This document shows positions 22,094-31,763 of a stretch of 64,000 nt of DNA, piece by piece. Each line of letters begins with the position of its first letter. Positions within the stretch are counted from its first letter, which is position 1. Source of the DNA: Eledone cirrhosa (taxonomy: Eukaryota); contig OZ024740.1 of assembly GCA_964016885.1 (NCBI GenBank), positions 41,478,001 through 41,542,000 of the forward strand. Reading direction: 5' to 3'. The notes beneath the pieces are model-generated. The model was not told the DNA's origin and made no database searches. It saw only the letters and a list, made by a program, of their open reading frames with translations. The translations under genes and the position numbers were made by a program.

Positions 22094-25000
22094 TCTATAT
22101 CTATAAAAATGAAAATGTCTGTCTGTCTGTGTGTATGTGTGTCTGTTCCGCAGCAACTTTTGATCCGCAAGGCCGATTTTCAAAATTCTTTTTGTAATCA
22201 ATCAAAAATTCATCAGGGCAGGTCGGCGCGACATTGCGAATGATCGACTCGCCCTTTGTCCAGGTAAAAAAATCGATAAAACTGACTATAGGTACGACTT
22301 TGCACAGAAAAAATCTCTATACCTATAAAAATGAAAAAGAACGAGTGAAAGTGAAAGAAACAGACAGACTAAAAGAGGGGGATAGCGGGAGAGAGAGAGA
22401 GAGAGAGAGCGAGCGACAGACGCTGTGTTTGATACATGACATTGAAAGAGGGGAAGGAAAGCTATAACTAATTAACATGTGTGCGTGTGTGTGTGCGTGC
22501 GTGTGTGTGTGTGTTCGTGAAGCGCTCCAGTAGGAGTTAAATCTATTAACATGCGTGTGTACTTGCACACGTGCGTGCGTGAGTTTGCGTGCGTTTGAGC
22601 GTTTGCGTGTGTGAGTGTGTGTGTGTGTACGTGCGTGTGGCGTTTCACTTACGCCATTTTTTTCAGTGACAGTAGTTGTTGTAGATAATTTATTTATAAC
22701 CTACAACTACTCTATTAAATCAATCAAATATGTCTGCAAGTATATAAATAAGGGCCCGGATGCCGCCATGTTCGGGCTTAAAGAAGAAAACAAACGGGAT
22801 TAAGTTGCACAGTACCAATCAGCACGATATATAAGTACCAGCGAGGCCTTTGGCGAATTTACCGTTTCTCAATGCACAGAAGATACTCTGCCGTCCAACA
22901 CTTTGCTGTGCACCTGGAACACGGCCAAAGAGTGTACTATACAAAACAAACAGCTTTTCTGAGGGCTCTGCAGCCAAGGAACACAACTCTTACTGCATTC
23001 TTTCAACTATGTCAAGGTGACGCATTCGCTCGCACTTTGCTGTATCCCCAAGTCCCCTCTTTCTACAAATGGGAAAAGTATTCATGGAAGCCAAGAATCA
23101 AAGGTGAAAGCGTTGATGGTTATCCAGATTTTAACTTTGACAGCTGCCTGGCGCGAGTTTACACAGTGGGACGAGTTTGGGACGAATGTACCATGGCTTA
23201 TAAAGGAGCTTTGGAGGCACTGGACCGGACTTTAAGAGACATAAGAGACTCCCAGGATCCCATGGGAGGCGTGACCGTCCTTTTATCCGGAGATTTTAGA
23301 CAAACCCTCCCTGTTATTCCCAAAGGAACACGGGCTGATGCTATTCGAGCATGCTTAAAGTCATCTCCGCTTTGGCGTTATGTCACAACATTAACGCTCT
23401 CTACGAACATGAGAGCTCGGATGCTTGGTGACCAAGTGTCATCAGATTTTGCTACCAACCTATTGACACTTGGGAACGGCAAAGTGCCACTTGATGAAGA
23501 GGAAAAAAATCTCCCTCGAACCGGTCTGCACTTTAGTCGACAGTGCTGACGACTTGACAGATGCAGTATTCCCTGAGTTGAGCACTAACTACCAATATCC
23601 AAACTGGCTGTGCGAAAGGGCAATACTGTCTCCGAAAAATGAGACTGTCGACAAAATCAACGGACAACTGCTTAAGTCTCTTCCTACAGCTTCGTGTACA
23701 TACAAGTCCATCGATACAGTCACAGATCCCATTAACTACCCAATTGAGTTTCTTAACTCATTTAACCCTTCCGGGTTGCCATCTTATCGATTGGAACTTA
23801 AGCAAGGATGCCCAATTATGCTTTTGAGGAATCTACACCCACCAAAACTCTGCAACAGCACCCGCCTTACAGTAAATAAACTAACGCAAAACTTGATCGA
23901 GGCGACGATTCTCTCGGGGTGTGGAAAGAGGGAAAAGGTTTTTATCCCAAGGATTCCCCTTTGTCCGTCAACATCAGAGATCCCCTTTTCATTTAGGAGG
24001 CTCCAGTTTCCAGTTCGTTGTAGTTTCGCTATGACGATAAACAAGTCTCAGGAGCAAACATTATCCGTCGCGGGAATAAACCTAGAAGAGCCATGCTTTT
24101 CGCACGGTCAGCTATACGTTGGATGTTCCAGAGTGGGAAGCAAAAGAAACCTTTATGCATTTGCTCCAAACGGTAAAACCACAAACATTGTGTACCAAGA
24201 AGTTCTGTAATCAACACTGCGACACAAACCGTCTTCTAACAATCAAATACCTCGCTGCTTTCAATAATTACCAAATTGTAAACATACTGCCTTTTTGAAA
24301 TTTATAACACCATACTTTTCGACTGTAAACGTTGTGACCACTTTGAGCTGCACGGTATTGAAATGCACGTTCCCCTCTGGTTGGTTGAGCCAGTTTTCCA
24401 TGGATTCGCCAGCGCGTGCAGCAGACGCTGATTCACATGTCCTTGCTGCCGCAGTTGACGCTGTGTTTCGGTTGATACAGTTCAAACAGCAGACGTTGAC
24501 TCACAGTTCTTTGCTGCCGCAGTTGACGCTGTGTTTCGGTTGATGCAGCTCGAGCTGCGGAAGTTGACTCCCATTTCTTTGCTGTCGTAGTTGACGCTTT
24601 GTGTTGAGTAATTTTGAGCGTCCTTCATGTTTAGTCCATGTCACTGCAATCAGTCTAAGGAAAGCAACGTCACAGATTCTATTGGCAGCCACAACTATAC
24701 AGAATGGTAAGCATTTCAAACTACATAAATCATTAGAATGCCTACATATACGCAATGCATAACGAAAAATTTACATGTTTCTACTGTAGCAAACGTATGG
24801 CACCCCCGTCATTTGTACCTTTCACTCAAAGTCGTCATACATTATCTCCGTCATCCCGCAACGACTTCAGTCCTTGAATTGCCAAACATCCTATATTATT
24901 GTCATAAATTCCATGTGACTCACTTTTGGGCTGCTGACTTCCTTGTGGCATAGTTCGCGTTTGGAGCTTCACCGCGTCAACGTCATACTTTTACACCCAT

Positions 25001-25170
25001 TCACCTTTCATATGCCATAACATTTTACCGTTTTTACATCGAACAACACATACTTCTTATGGTTAAAAATAAATGCTTTTTTGGGGTTCATGGTACGTTG
25101 TTTTCTCTTTAAAAAAATTATTTATTAATGGTATAGACTTACACCTGGGCAACGCCGGGTATGGCTGCTA

Positions 25171-25171
<1 letters not shown>
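22094..25171 (+). mobile_element. Internally deleted Helitron with both termini
   Basis: 5' a|TCTATATCTATAAAAATG...(tgtc)n; 3' hairpin cctgggcaacgccggg followed by CTAG|t; inserted between A and T; RepHel remnants inside. Confidence 0.92.
22670..24210 (+). pseudogene. Helitron Rep/PIF1 helicase remnant
   Basis: SIKYVCKYINKG (Rep two-Tyr motif), AVHLEHGQRVYY, WDECTMA, LLSGDFRQTLPV, CPIMLLRNL, QFPVRCSFAMTINKSQ, HGQLYVGCSRV; stops, frameshifts and large deletions. Confidence 0.93.
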
Positions 25172-25211
<40 letters not shown>

Positions 25212-25213
<2 letters not shown>

Positions 25214-25275
25214 AAGGGCGGTGCCCCAGCATGGCCTCAGCCGGATGGCTGAAACAGGTAAAAGAGTAAAAGAGT
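25212..25275 (+). mobile_element. 3' end of a second SINE-like family
   Basis: gggcggtgccccagcatggcc...ctgaaacaggtaaaagagtaaaagagta between TA runs. The tandem tail is seen directly; the family is recalled from octopus repeats. Confidence 0.55.
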
Positions 25276-25295
25276 ATATATATATGTCATTATAT

Positions 25296-25470
25296 ATCGG
25301 TAGAGGGTCGGACGCCATGCTTTGACGCATAGAGTTACGATCCTTGCCATTCTGAGTTCAAATCCCGCCGAGGTTTACTTTGCCTTTCATCCTTACGGGG
25401 TCGATAAAATAAAGTACCAGTAATGCACTGGGTAATTGCTGGCCTTGTGCCAAAAGTAGAAACAATTATA
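25296..25470 (+). mobile_element. tRNA-derived SINE (5'-clipped)
   Basis: ctgagttcaaatcccgccgagg...tgcctttcatccttacggggtcgataaa...ggccttgtgccaaaagtagaaacaattat. Confidence 0.85.
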
Positions 25471-25648
25471 TATACATATTAAAAGAATGACATATATATA
25501 TATACATATATATATACAACAATACTATACATATATATATTTAAATAAATAAATATATAATATATATATGTACACACACATACACACACACACATATATA
25601 TATATAAGAGTATGTATAAGAATGAGGTTTCTCGTGGTTGTTAATGAA

Positions 25649-25840
25649 ATAATTGTTTCTACCTTTGGCACAAGGCCAGCAATTACCCCAGTGCATTACT
25701 GGTACTTTATTTTATCGTCCCCGTAAGGATGAAAGGCAAAGTTAACCTCGACGGGATTTGAACTCAGACCGTAAAGGGACGTAACTATGCTAGAAAAGCA
25801 TGGCGTCCAACCCTCTACCTATACTGCCAATTTACCGCCT
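25649..25840 (-). mobile_element. tRNA-derived SINE, near full length
   Basis: Reverse complement of the 25296 copy; begins ggcggtaaattggcag on the minus strand. Confidence 0.85.
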
Positions 25841-26098
25841 TTAATGTTCTACAACGTTTAGTTTTTGAATCTAGTAAACAGGTGTTGTGATCAAGTTACT
25901 CGCTTTCTAGCGGTCTTCAAACTATTTCTTGGGTTTCTCTCTATCTGATAAAGAGTTGGCATGCGTCAGAAACTTGATGAAAATATCTGATCATTAGATT
26001 TACAACAGTACTATATCATTAAATAATAACAACCTCCAGGAATATCATTCTTATCATTTTCCAAGTATTCTTTACAGTACTAAGCATCTTCTCCATTC

Positions 26099-26164
<66 letters not shown>

Positions 26165-26265
26165 ACACGCACACGCATACACACACACGCACACACACAC
26201 ATATATATATAATAACCTGGCTGGAGCAAAGTAACAAGATTGATTGCATCATATACATATTTTAT

Positions 26266-26339
26266 TCACATATGACACGTGTTTCATTATCGATCAGCTC
26301 AAGGTTCGATCTATAACCGATAGTTCCTTAAATATGTGA
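26266..26339 (-). ncRNA. Decayed minimal hammerhead
   Basis: Minus strand reads tcacatat-TTAAGGA-actatcggtt...gatcgataat-GAAA-cacgt-GTC-atatgtga. Stem I is 8 bp, stem III is palindromic (ACACGTGT), and the CUGAnGA box has two substitutions. Confidence 0.68.
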
Positions 26340-26455
26340 GTCTTTATGTGTAAATACTTATATCTAAATTGGTGCACCACATGTAACTAATGTTACACAC
26401 GTAACAACTATACACACACATACGCACAGATATACAGATATACATACTTATACAT

Positions 26456-26487
<32 letters not shown>

Positions 26488-26488
26488 C

Positions 26489-26545
<57 letters not shown>

Positions 26546-26581
26546 CTCTTTCTCGCTCTCTCTCACACATATATATATATA

Positions 26582-26694
26582 GTGTGTGTGTGTATGTTTG
26601 TAAGCGTGTGTATGTATGTGAGAGAGAGTGTGTGTATATGTGTATATGTGTTGTATGTGTTTAGATATATGTATACACACACACTCACACACAA

Positions 26695-26736
<42 letters not shown>

Positions 26737-26912
26737 TGTGCGTGTGTATGTTTGTATGCGCGCGCGCATGTGAATGTGTGTGTATGCGTGTGTGTGAAGT
26801 GTATGTATACATATGCCTAAACACATACAACACATATACACATATACACACATACATACACTCTCTCTCACATACATACACACACACGCATACAAACATC
26901 CACACACACACA
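26582..26912. repeat. Foldback inverted repeat built from degenerate GT/CA sequence
   Basis: gtgtatatgtgtatatgtgttgtatgtgtttagatatatgtatacac (~26632-26678) is the near reverse complement of gtatgtatacatatgcctaaacacatacaacacatatacacatatacac (~26801-26849); the flanks also pair. Confidence 0.8.
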
Positions 26913-27724
26913 TCCACACACGTGTATGTATACACATGTCTAAACAGCAACATCAACTAATTTATTCATGGGAAACATATAGCAATATTTTTCTGAACAG
27001 GTGTGCACTTACATTAAGTAATTTATCTAACAACTATTTCGCTCACTCCCAAAGGTAATATTATAACATATATGGCGGTTATATCGTGAAATCAATGCAG
27101 CTATCTTAATACATTCAGTGTAAGCTTTTCAATCTTGTCTTCATGTAATACTTTGTACATCAAAATTTACTTTACTTTTAATTATTCTTTTCTTATAAAA
27201 CCAAGAGAAAAACGGGAAGGAGAAAACGAGAAAAGAAAATAGCTTTTCGTATTATCTAATGCATTCTTTGTAATATGAATTAGTATTGACTGTCAACAAT
27301 AATGGCATTCATTCATCTAATGTTTCGTGAATATTTCAATAAATAATGACCTTATAACCTATCGTTTAAAACCTGGAATTTATATCAAAGATATTCGCAA
27401 TAAAAGCTTGACGTGTTGTTACATATGATACGCAACAAGCTAAAGACTTCTGACACTTTAAATAACAATCTCACACTAAAAACTACCCAAAGAATCAAAG
27501 ATATACTAAAATTAGTTTCACTTTTAGTAATCTTCTGCCGACTTGCGTCGTCGTGTCATAAGGTTTGTGTGACATTCAGAGCTAAATAATACCTGGTGTC
27601 TCTACTTCTTACAGAAATACTGTAACCGTTAGTGTTGACATCCTCACCTACCTTGTAACTACTAGCAGCACTAACAAGATACGTTTTGAATTCTCAACCG
27701 TTGTTGCTTGCTTGTAGAAGCCTG

Positions 27725-27910
27725 TAACACACCAATATCAATCGATTAAATTGATTCTATTCTTTACTAGTAGTTTATTTGATTGACCCCAGAGAGATCA
27801 ATGGCAAAGTTGACCATGTTAGGATTTGTATTCAGAATGAACCAGGCCTGGAACTAAATATAACAAAGCATTTCACCAACAACTTTAAAGATTCTACAAA
27901 CACCGACATT
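27725..27910 (-). mobile_element. Old, diverged SINE copy
   Basis: tttatttgattgaccccagagagatcaatggcaaagttgaccatgttaggatttgtattcagaa aligns loosely with the other SINE copies. Confidence 0.6.
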
Positions 27911-28151
27911 TACTACGCTCAAAGCATTATTAAATCTACGATTTATCAATGAGTTAAATCTAGTTATATAATCTTAGGATTCCCTTTTCTTTAGACACAA
28001 GAAACTTTAAATTTATAAAGATATGGTTGGAAATTGTGGCGTGATTTTATTTCTCAAGCGAAGTATTTTATTTCTACTCTGGTTGCCATAGAAATAAATG
28101 GTGATCAATGGAAAGGAAGGTATAAATGCTTTGACCATAGGAAGTGTATTG

Positions 28152-28152
<1 letters not shown>

Positions 28153-28215
<63 letters not shown>

Positions 28216-28216
28216 C

Positions 28217-28258
<42 letters not shown>
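28153..28258. repeat. (CT)n microsatellite
   Basis: Direct read. Confidence 0.95.
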
Positions 28259-28261
<3 letters not shown>

Positions 28262-28510
28262 ATATATATATATATATCACTTATATATTATGAAATACTG
28301 TTGGCTCCTTGCTCACATTAATTTCTATATTTTCATTTATATATATATATATATATATATATACATGAAAAGTGTAAGTTTCTACACAAAACGAAGGTTA
28401 TAGAGAAAATTGAGGTTGGTAATGGCACATGGAATATATAAGAGACAGAATACTTTTTTGTGAAAAAACATAATTTTATAAGGTAAGGAAAGAATAAAGG
28501 GTATAAAAAA

Positions 28511-28552
28511 TGACCGGTTTCGATGGGTCTGCAAAAGCCATCTTTTCAAATG
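28511..28552 (-). ncRNA. Decayed minimal hammerhead
   Basis: Minus strand reads TTGAAAA-gatgg...ccatc-GAAA-ccg-GTC. Stem II and palindromic stem III are kept; the first box and stem I are degraded. Confidence 0.5.
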
Positions 28553-28851
28553 TTGATTAATATTAAGAAAAATTAATAATAAGAAGAGTTAAAATTTGAG
28601 ATTTGAAAATTCAAGTATAAAATTCAGTGTGGGATTTCATAGTAGTTTTCATCTTGGTAGCAGCAAGTTGACTGCTGTGTGTCCCTTTCTGGTAGTGAAT
28701 GAGGAATTATTTGTGGGGAGTGGTTTTTTTTAAAGTCAGATTTAGCAATGGCCAGATGGCCAGCTGCTGGTCAGTGAGGGGGTGGAAGCAATATACATAC
28801 ATATATCTCCATGTGGTCGGTAGGAGAGGGGAGAGTGATATAAAAGGATTT

Positions 28852-28942
<91 letters not shown>

Positions 28943-29434
28943 CATACACGCGCACACTTTCTCCCCACCCCCACACACGTGTGTGTGTATAGTGGGTTGT
29001 GTAGTCGTAACGTGCACAGTTCTGAGCAGTGTCACGTAAGTGAGGAATATAGTAGAAGAGATAGTTGTGAAATAAGAGACGCGAGCTATAGGGAACCGAA
29101 AGAAACATAGAACAAATAAACGATACACAACTTGTTTAAAATGATATACGTTTTCCATTTTATTGTTCGTTTAGCTGAAGTTAGAGATGTAGATAGGTGT
29201 GTGAGAGAGTTATAGTTCGAATAAAAAATTGAATTAAGATTAGAATTAGAATTAGTATTAGTATAATTACGGTGAACGGGTACTGTCTACTGTCTACGGT
29301 CCTTGTTGCTGGGTTAGTATGGCTTACTATGGGTTAGTTGATAGTGAGTGCTTTTGGATCTAAAATCTTTCTTCAGACTCATTGGTTCTTGTCAGGCAAA
29401 TCTATTACTCGTCAGAATACGTGTACAAGTGTTT

Positions 29435-29755
29435 CTACAAGTCCAGATCATTCTGACGGTTCAGAGCAGGATCTCGCTTCCTAATGAAATGCACCTCCAC
29501 TATTCGGAGGCTTATCGCGTCTGTTTGTTCCACAAGTATTCTCGTTGTAATATTTCTTCCATATTCTTGTATGTGTTGGAACACTGCGCTCGGACGTGTC
29601 GCTTTTTGGCAGTACTTTTGCGTGGAATCGATGTAGTTGGCTCCGCGTGCGCAGTCCAGCTTTCCCTGACAGGGTATCGGTGAAGGTAGCAGGTGTCTTC
29701 CTCGTGGCTCTGTGAGAGATATTGTCTCAACGCCGTCCCACGCCTTGTTACTCAC
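29435..29755 (-). pseudogene. Degenerate PLE GIY-YIG endonuclease fragment
   Basis: GANYIDSTQK (YIG-like), SAVFQHIQE, ILVE...LRIVEVHFIRKRDPALN. Confidence 0.68.
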
Positions 29756-30219
29756 ACTGGGAGATCAGATCGTTTGATACAATTTCTCAGACGATTTTCT
29801 GTTTGTTCACTCACAAGGTTGGGCTCCACTTGAGGTAATGGTAGACGGTATCACGTAGTGGGATTGACTCCGAGACCATGTGATTGCAAAGAGAACCCTT
29901 AATCACTTGGCCATAAACTTGATCTGTTGCTCAGTATAACATCACCACGACTTGAATTAGGGTGCATTGACTGGAGTTGTCTCTGTTGCAAGAATTCCAG
30001 TCAGGTTTGAGGCTAATTTCCACCAAAAATTTCTAAGGACACTCAAAGAGTCATAGGAATTATCCTTCTTAATATTTAAGCAATATAAAAACGCAGCATT
30101 CTGAACCTATTTAGGTCATTGGAACACCACTAAAGTCTTTATTTTCATGCATAAATCAAGAGAAGGTAATTCAAGAAAATAATTCATTTGTGTTATTTAA
30201 ATACAGAAAAGTTAAGTAC

Positions 30220-30505
30220 AAAAATAGATAGCACAAATGTTTCTTAGGATGATTTGATACCATGTGTATGGTCCTACACACGTAGATACCGCAAATGTTT
30301 CTAACAGGATTGGTACCATTTCTATTGCTCTACATAAGTAACCACCACAAAGATTTCCAAGATAACTTGGTACCATTTCTATTACTCTACATAAGTAACT
30401 ATCTAAATATTTTTAACATCACTTGGGACCATTTCTATTGCTCTACATAAGTAACTATCATAAAGGGTTTCTAAGATCATTTGGTATCATTTCTATTGCC
30501 CTACA
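30220..30505. repeat. Degenerate ~57-bp minisatellite (~5 units)
   Basis: ttggtaccatttctattgctctacataagtaac recurs at ~30310, 30367, 30424 and 30481. Confidence 0.8.
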
Positions 30506-30506
30506 A

Positions 30507-30811
30507 TGTGTGAACAACACCTTCTCCAGTCGCAACCTGGTGCAGTCTGCGACTAACTCAGGTTCTGCTGCACGTCGGGCTGAGGAGGCCAAACTCTTCA
30601 AGTACCGGTTGTACCGTTGGCAGTGGAGACTTCTGGTGTCCTCAGCCCTAGGGCTACCTCCCTACTCACCACCATAGGCGCTGAGCTGGCCAGCCGCAGG
30701 TGTGAGCCTCGCGAGCTGGAATGGCTTTTCCAGCGCGTCTCCCTTGCTGTCCTCCGGGGAAACGCCTTCTCCAGTCTGTCCACCGGGGCTGTGGGGAGAC
30801 CACCATGCTAA
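30507..30811 (+). mobile_element. 3' fragment of a second CRE-clade element
   Basis: NTFSSRNLVQSATNSGSAARRAEEAKLFKY / AVETSGVLSPRATSLLTTIG...ELEWLFQRVSLAVLRGNAFS. Confidence 0.8.
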
Positions 30812-30954
30812 GTAGGTATTACATTTGTAGTAAGTATGTTCCGCTAATATGCGACAAGTTTTGGGTCCCACGCACGATATATTTTTCTGTGGTCTCCGAA
30901 CGCTACGAAACCATTTAACTACGGGAAGTTCCACAGAAGAACATTGTAAAACAA

Positions 30955-31578
30955 ACAGACACACACTCTCTCTCACACACATACTCACAGAAGCACAGAG
31001 ACACAGACACACATACACACAGAAGCACAGAGGCACAGATACACATACACACACATACACACACACAGCCACATACACATATTTACATTCACATGCACAC
31101 CATTTACATCCATTTATACACACACATGTATACGTACAGAGACACACATGCTTACACGCACACAAACACACACACACACACACAGAAACACATACACAGA
31201 TACACACCCACCGACACTCACATACACAGACACGCACAGCCACACAAAGACACACACACACGCACAAACAGAGACACGCAGACACATCTACATTAAATTA
31301 CTCATTTACACACACACAAACACGCACACGCACACGCACACGCACAGGCACACACACAGGCACACACAGACGCTGACACACAGTCACACAAAGACCCACA
31401 CACGCACAAACACATACATACACACAAAGACGCAGAGACAGATACACACATATTTACATACAATCATACACACACACACACAAACTTACACACATTGACA
31501 CACGCACATACACACACAAGCATACACACATTGTCACACGCACACACACACACACAAGTATACACACATTGATACACG

Positions 31579-31609
<31 letters not shown>

Positions 31610-31610
31610 T
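30955..31610. repeat. Degenerate CA-rich low-complexity tract
   Basis: Direct read. Confidence 0.9.
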
Positions 31611-31763
31611 ATTTCTCACGCTCAATATCCTCTAGAAACATCAACAAACCTACTTAACAAAAGAGTCACATAGAGAATTCCTCAAATAAATTTATGTTCA
31701 CTGTCAGAATAATAACGTTTGGTCCTTTATAGGTTGTTTATTAGTGATTCTATAATAACCCCT

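Noticed and set aside
22872-24210. Host PIF1 helicase gene
   Set aside because: It is linked to a Rep motif, lies inside TC...CTAG Helitron termini, and is disrupted.
25649-25840. tRNA gene
   Set aside because: It has a B-box-like motif only, no cloverleaf, and is part of a multi-copy SINE.
25945-25985. Possible hammerhead (ctgataa...gaaacttga)
   Set aside because: Stems and cleavage triplet are not supported.
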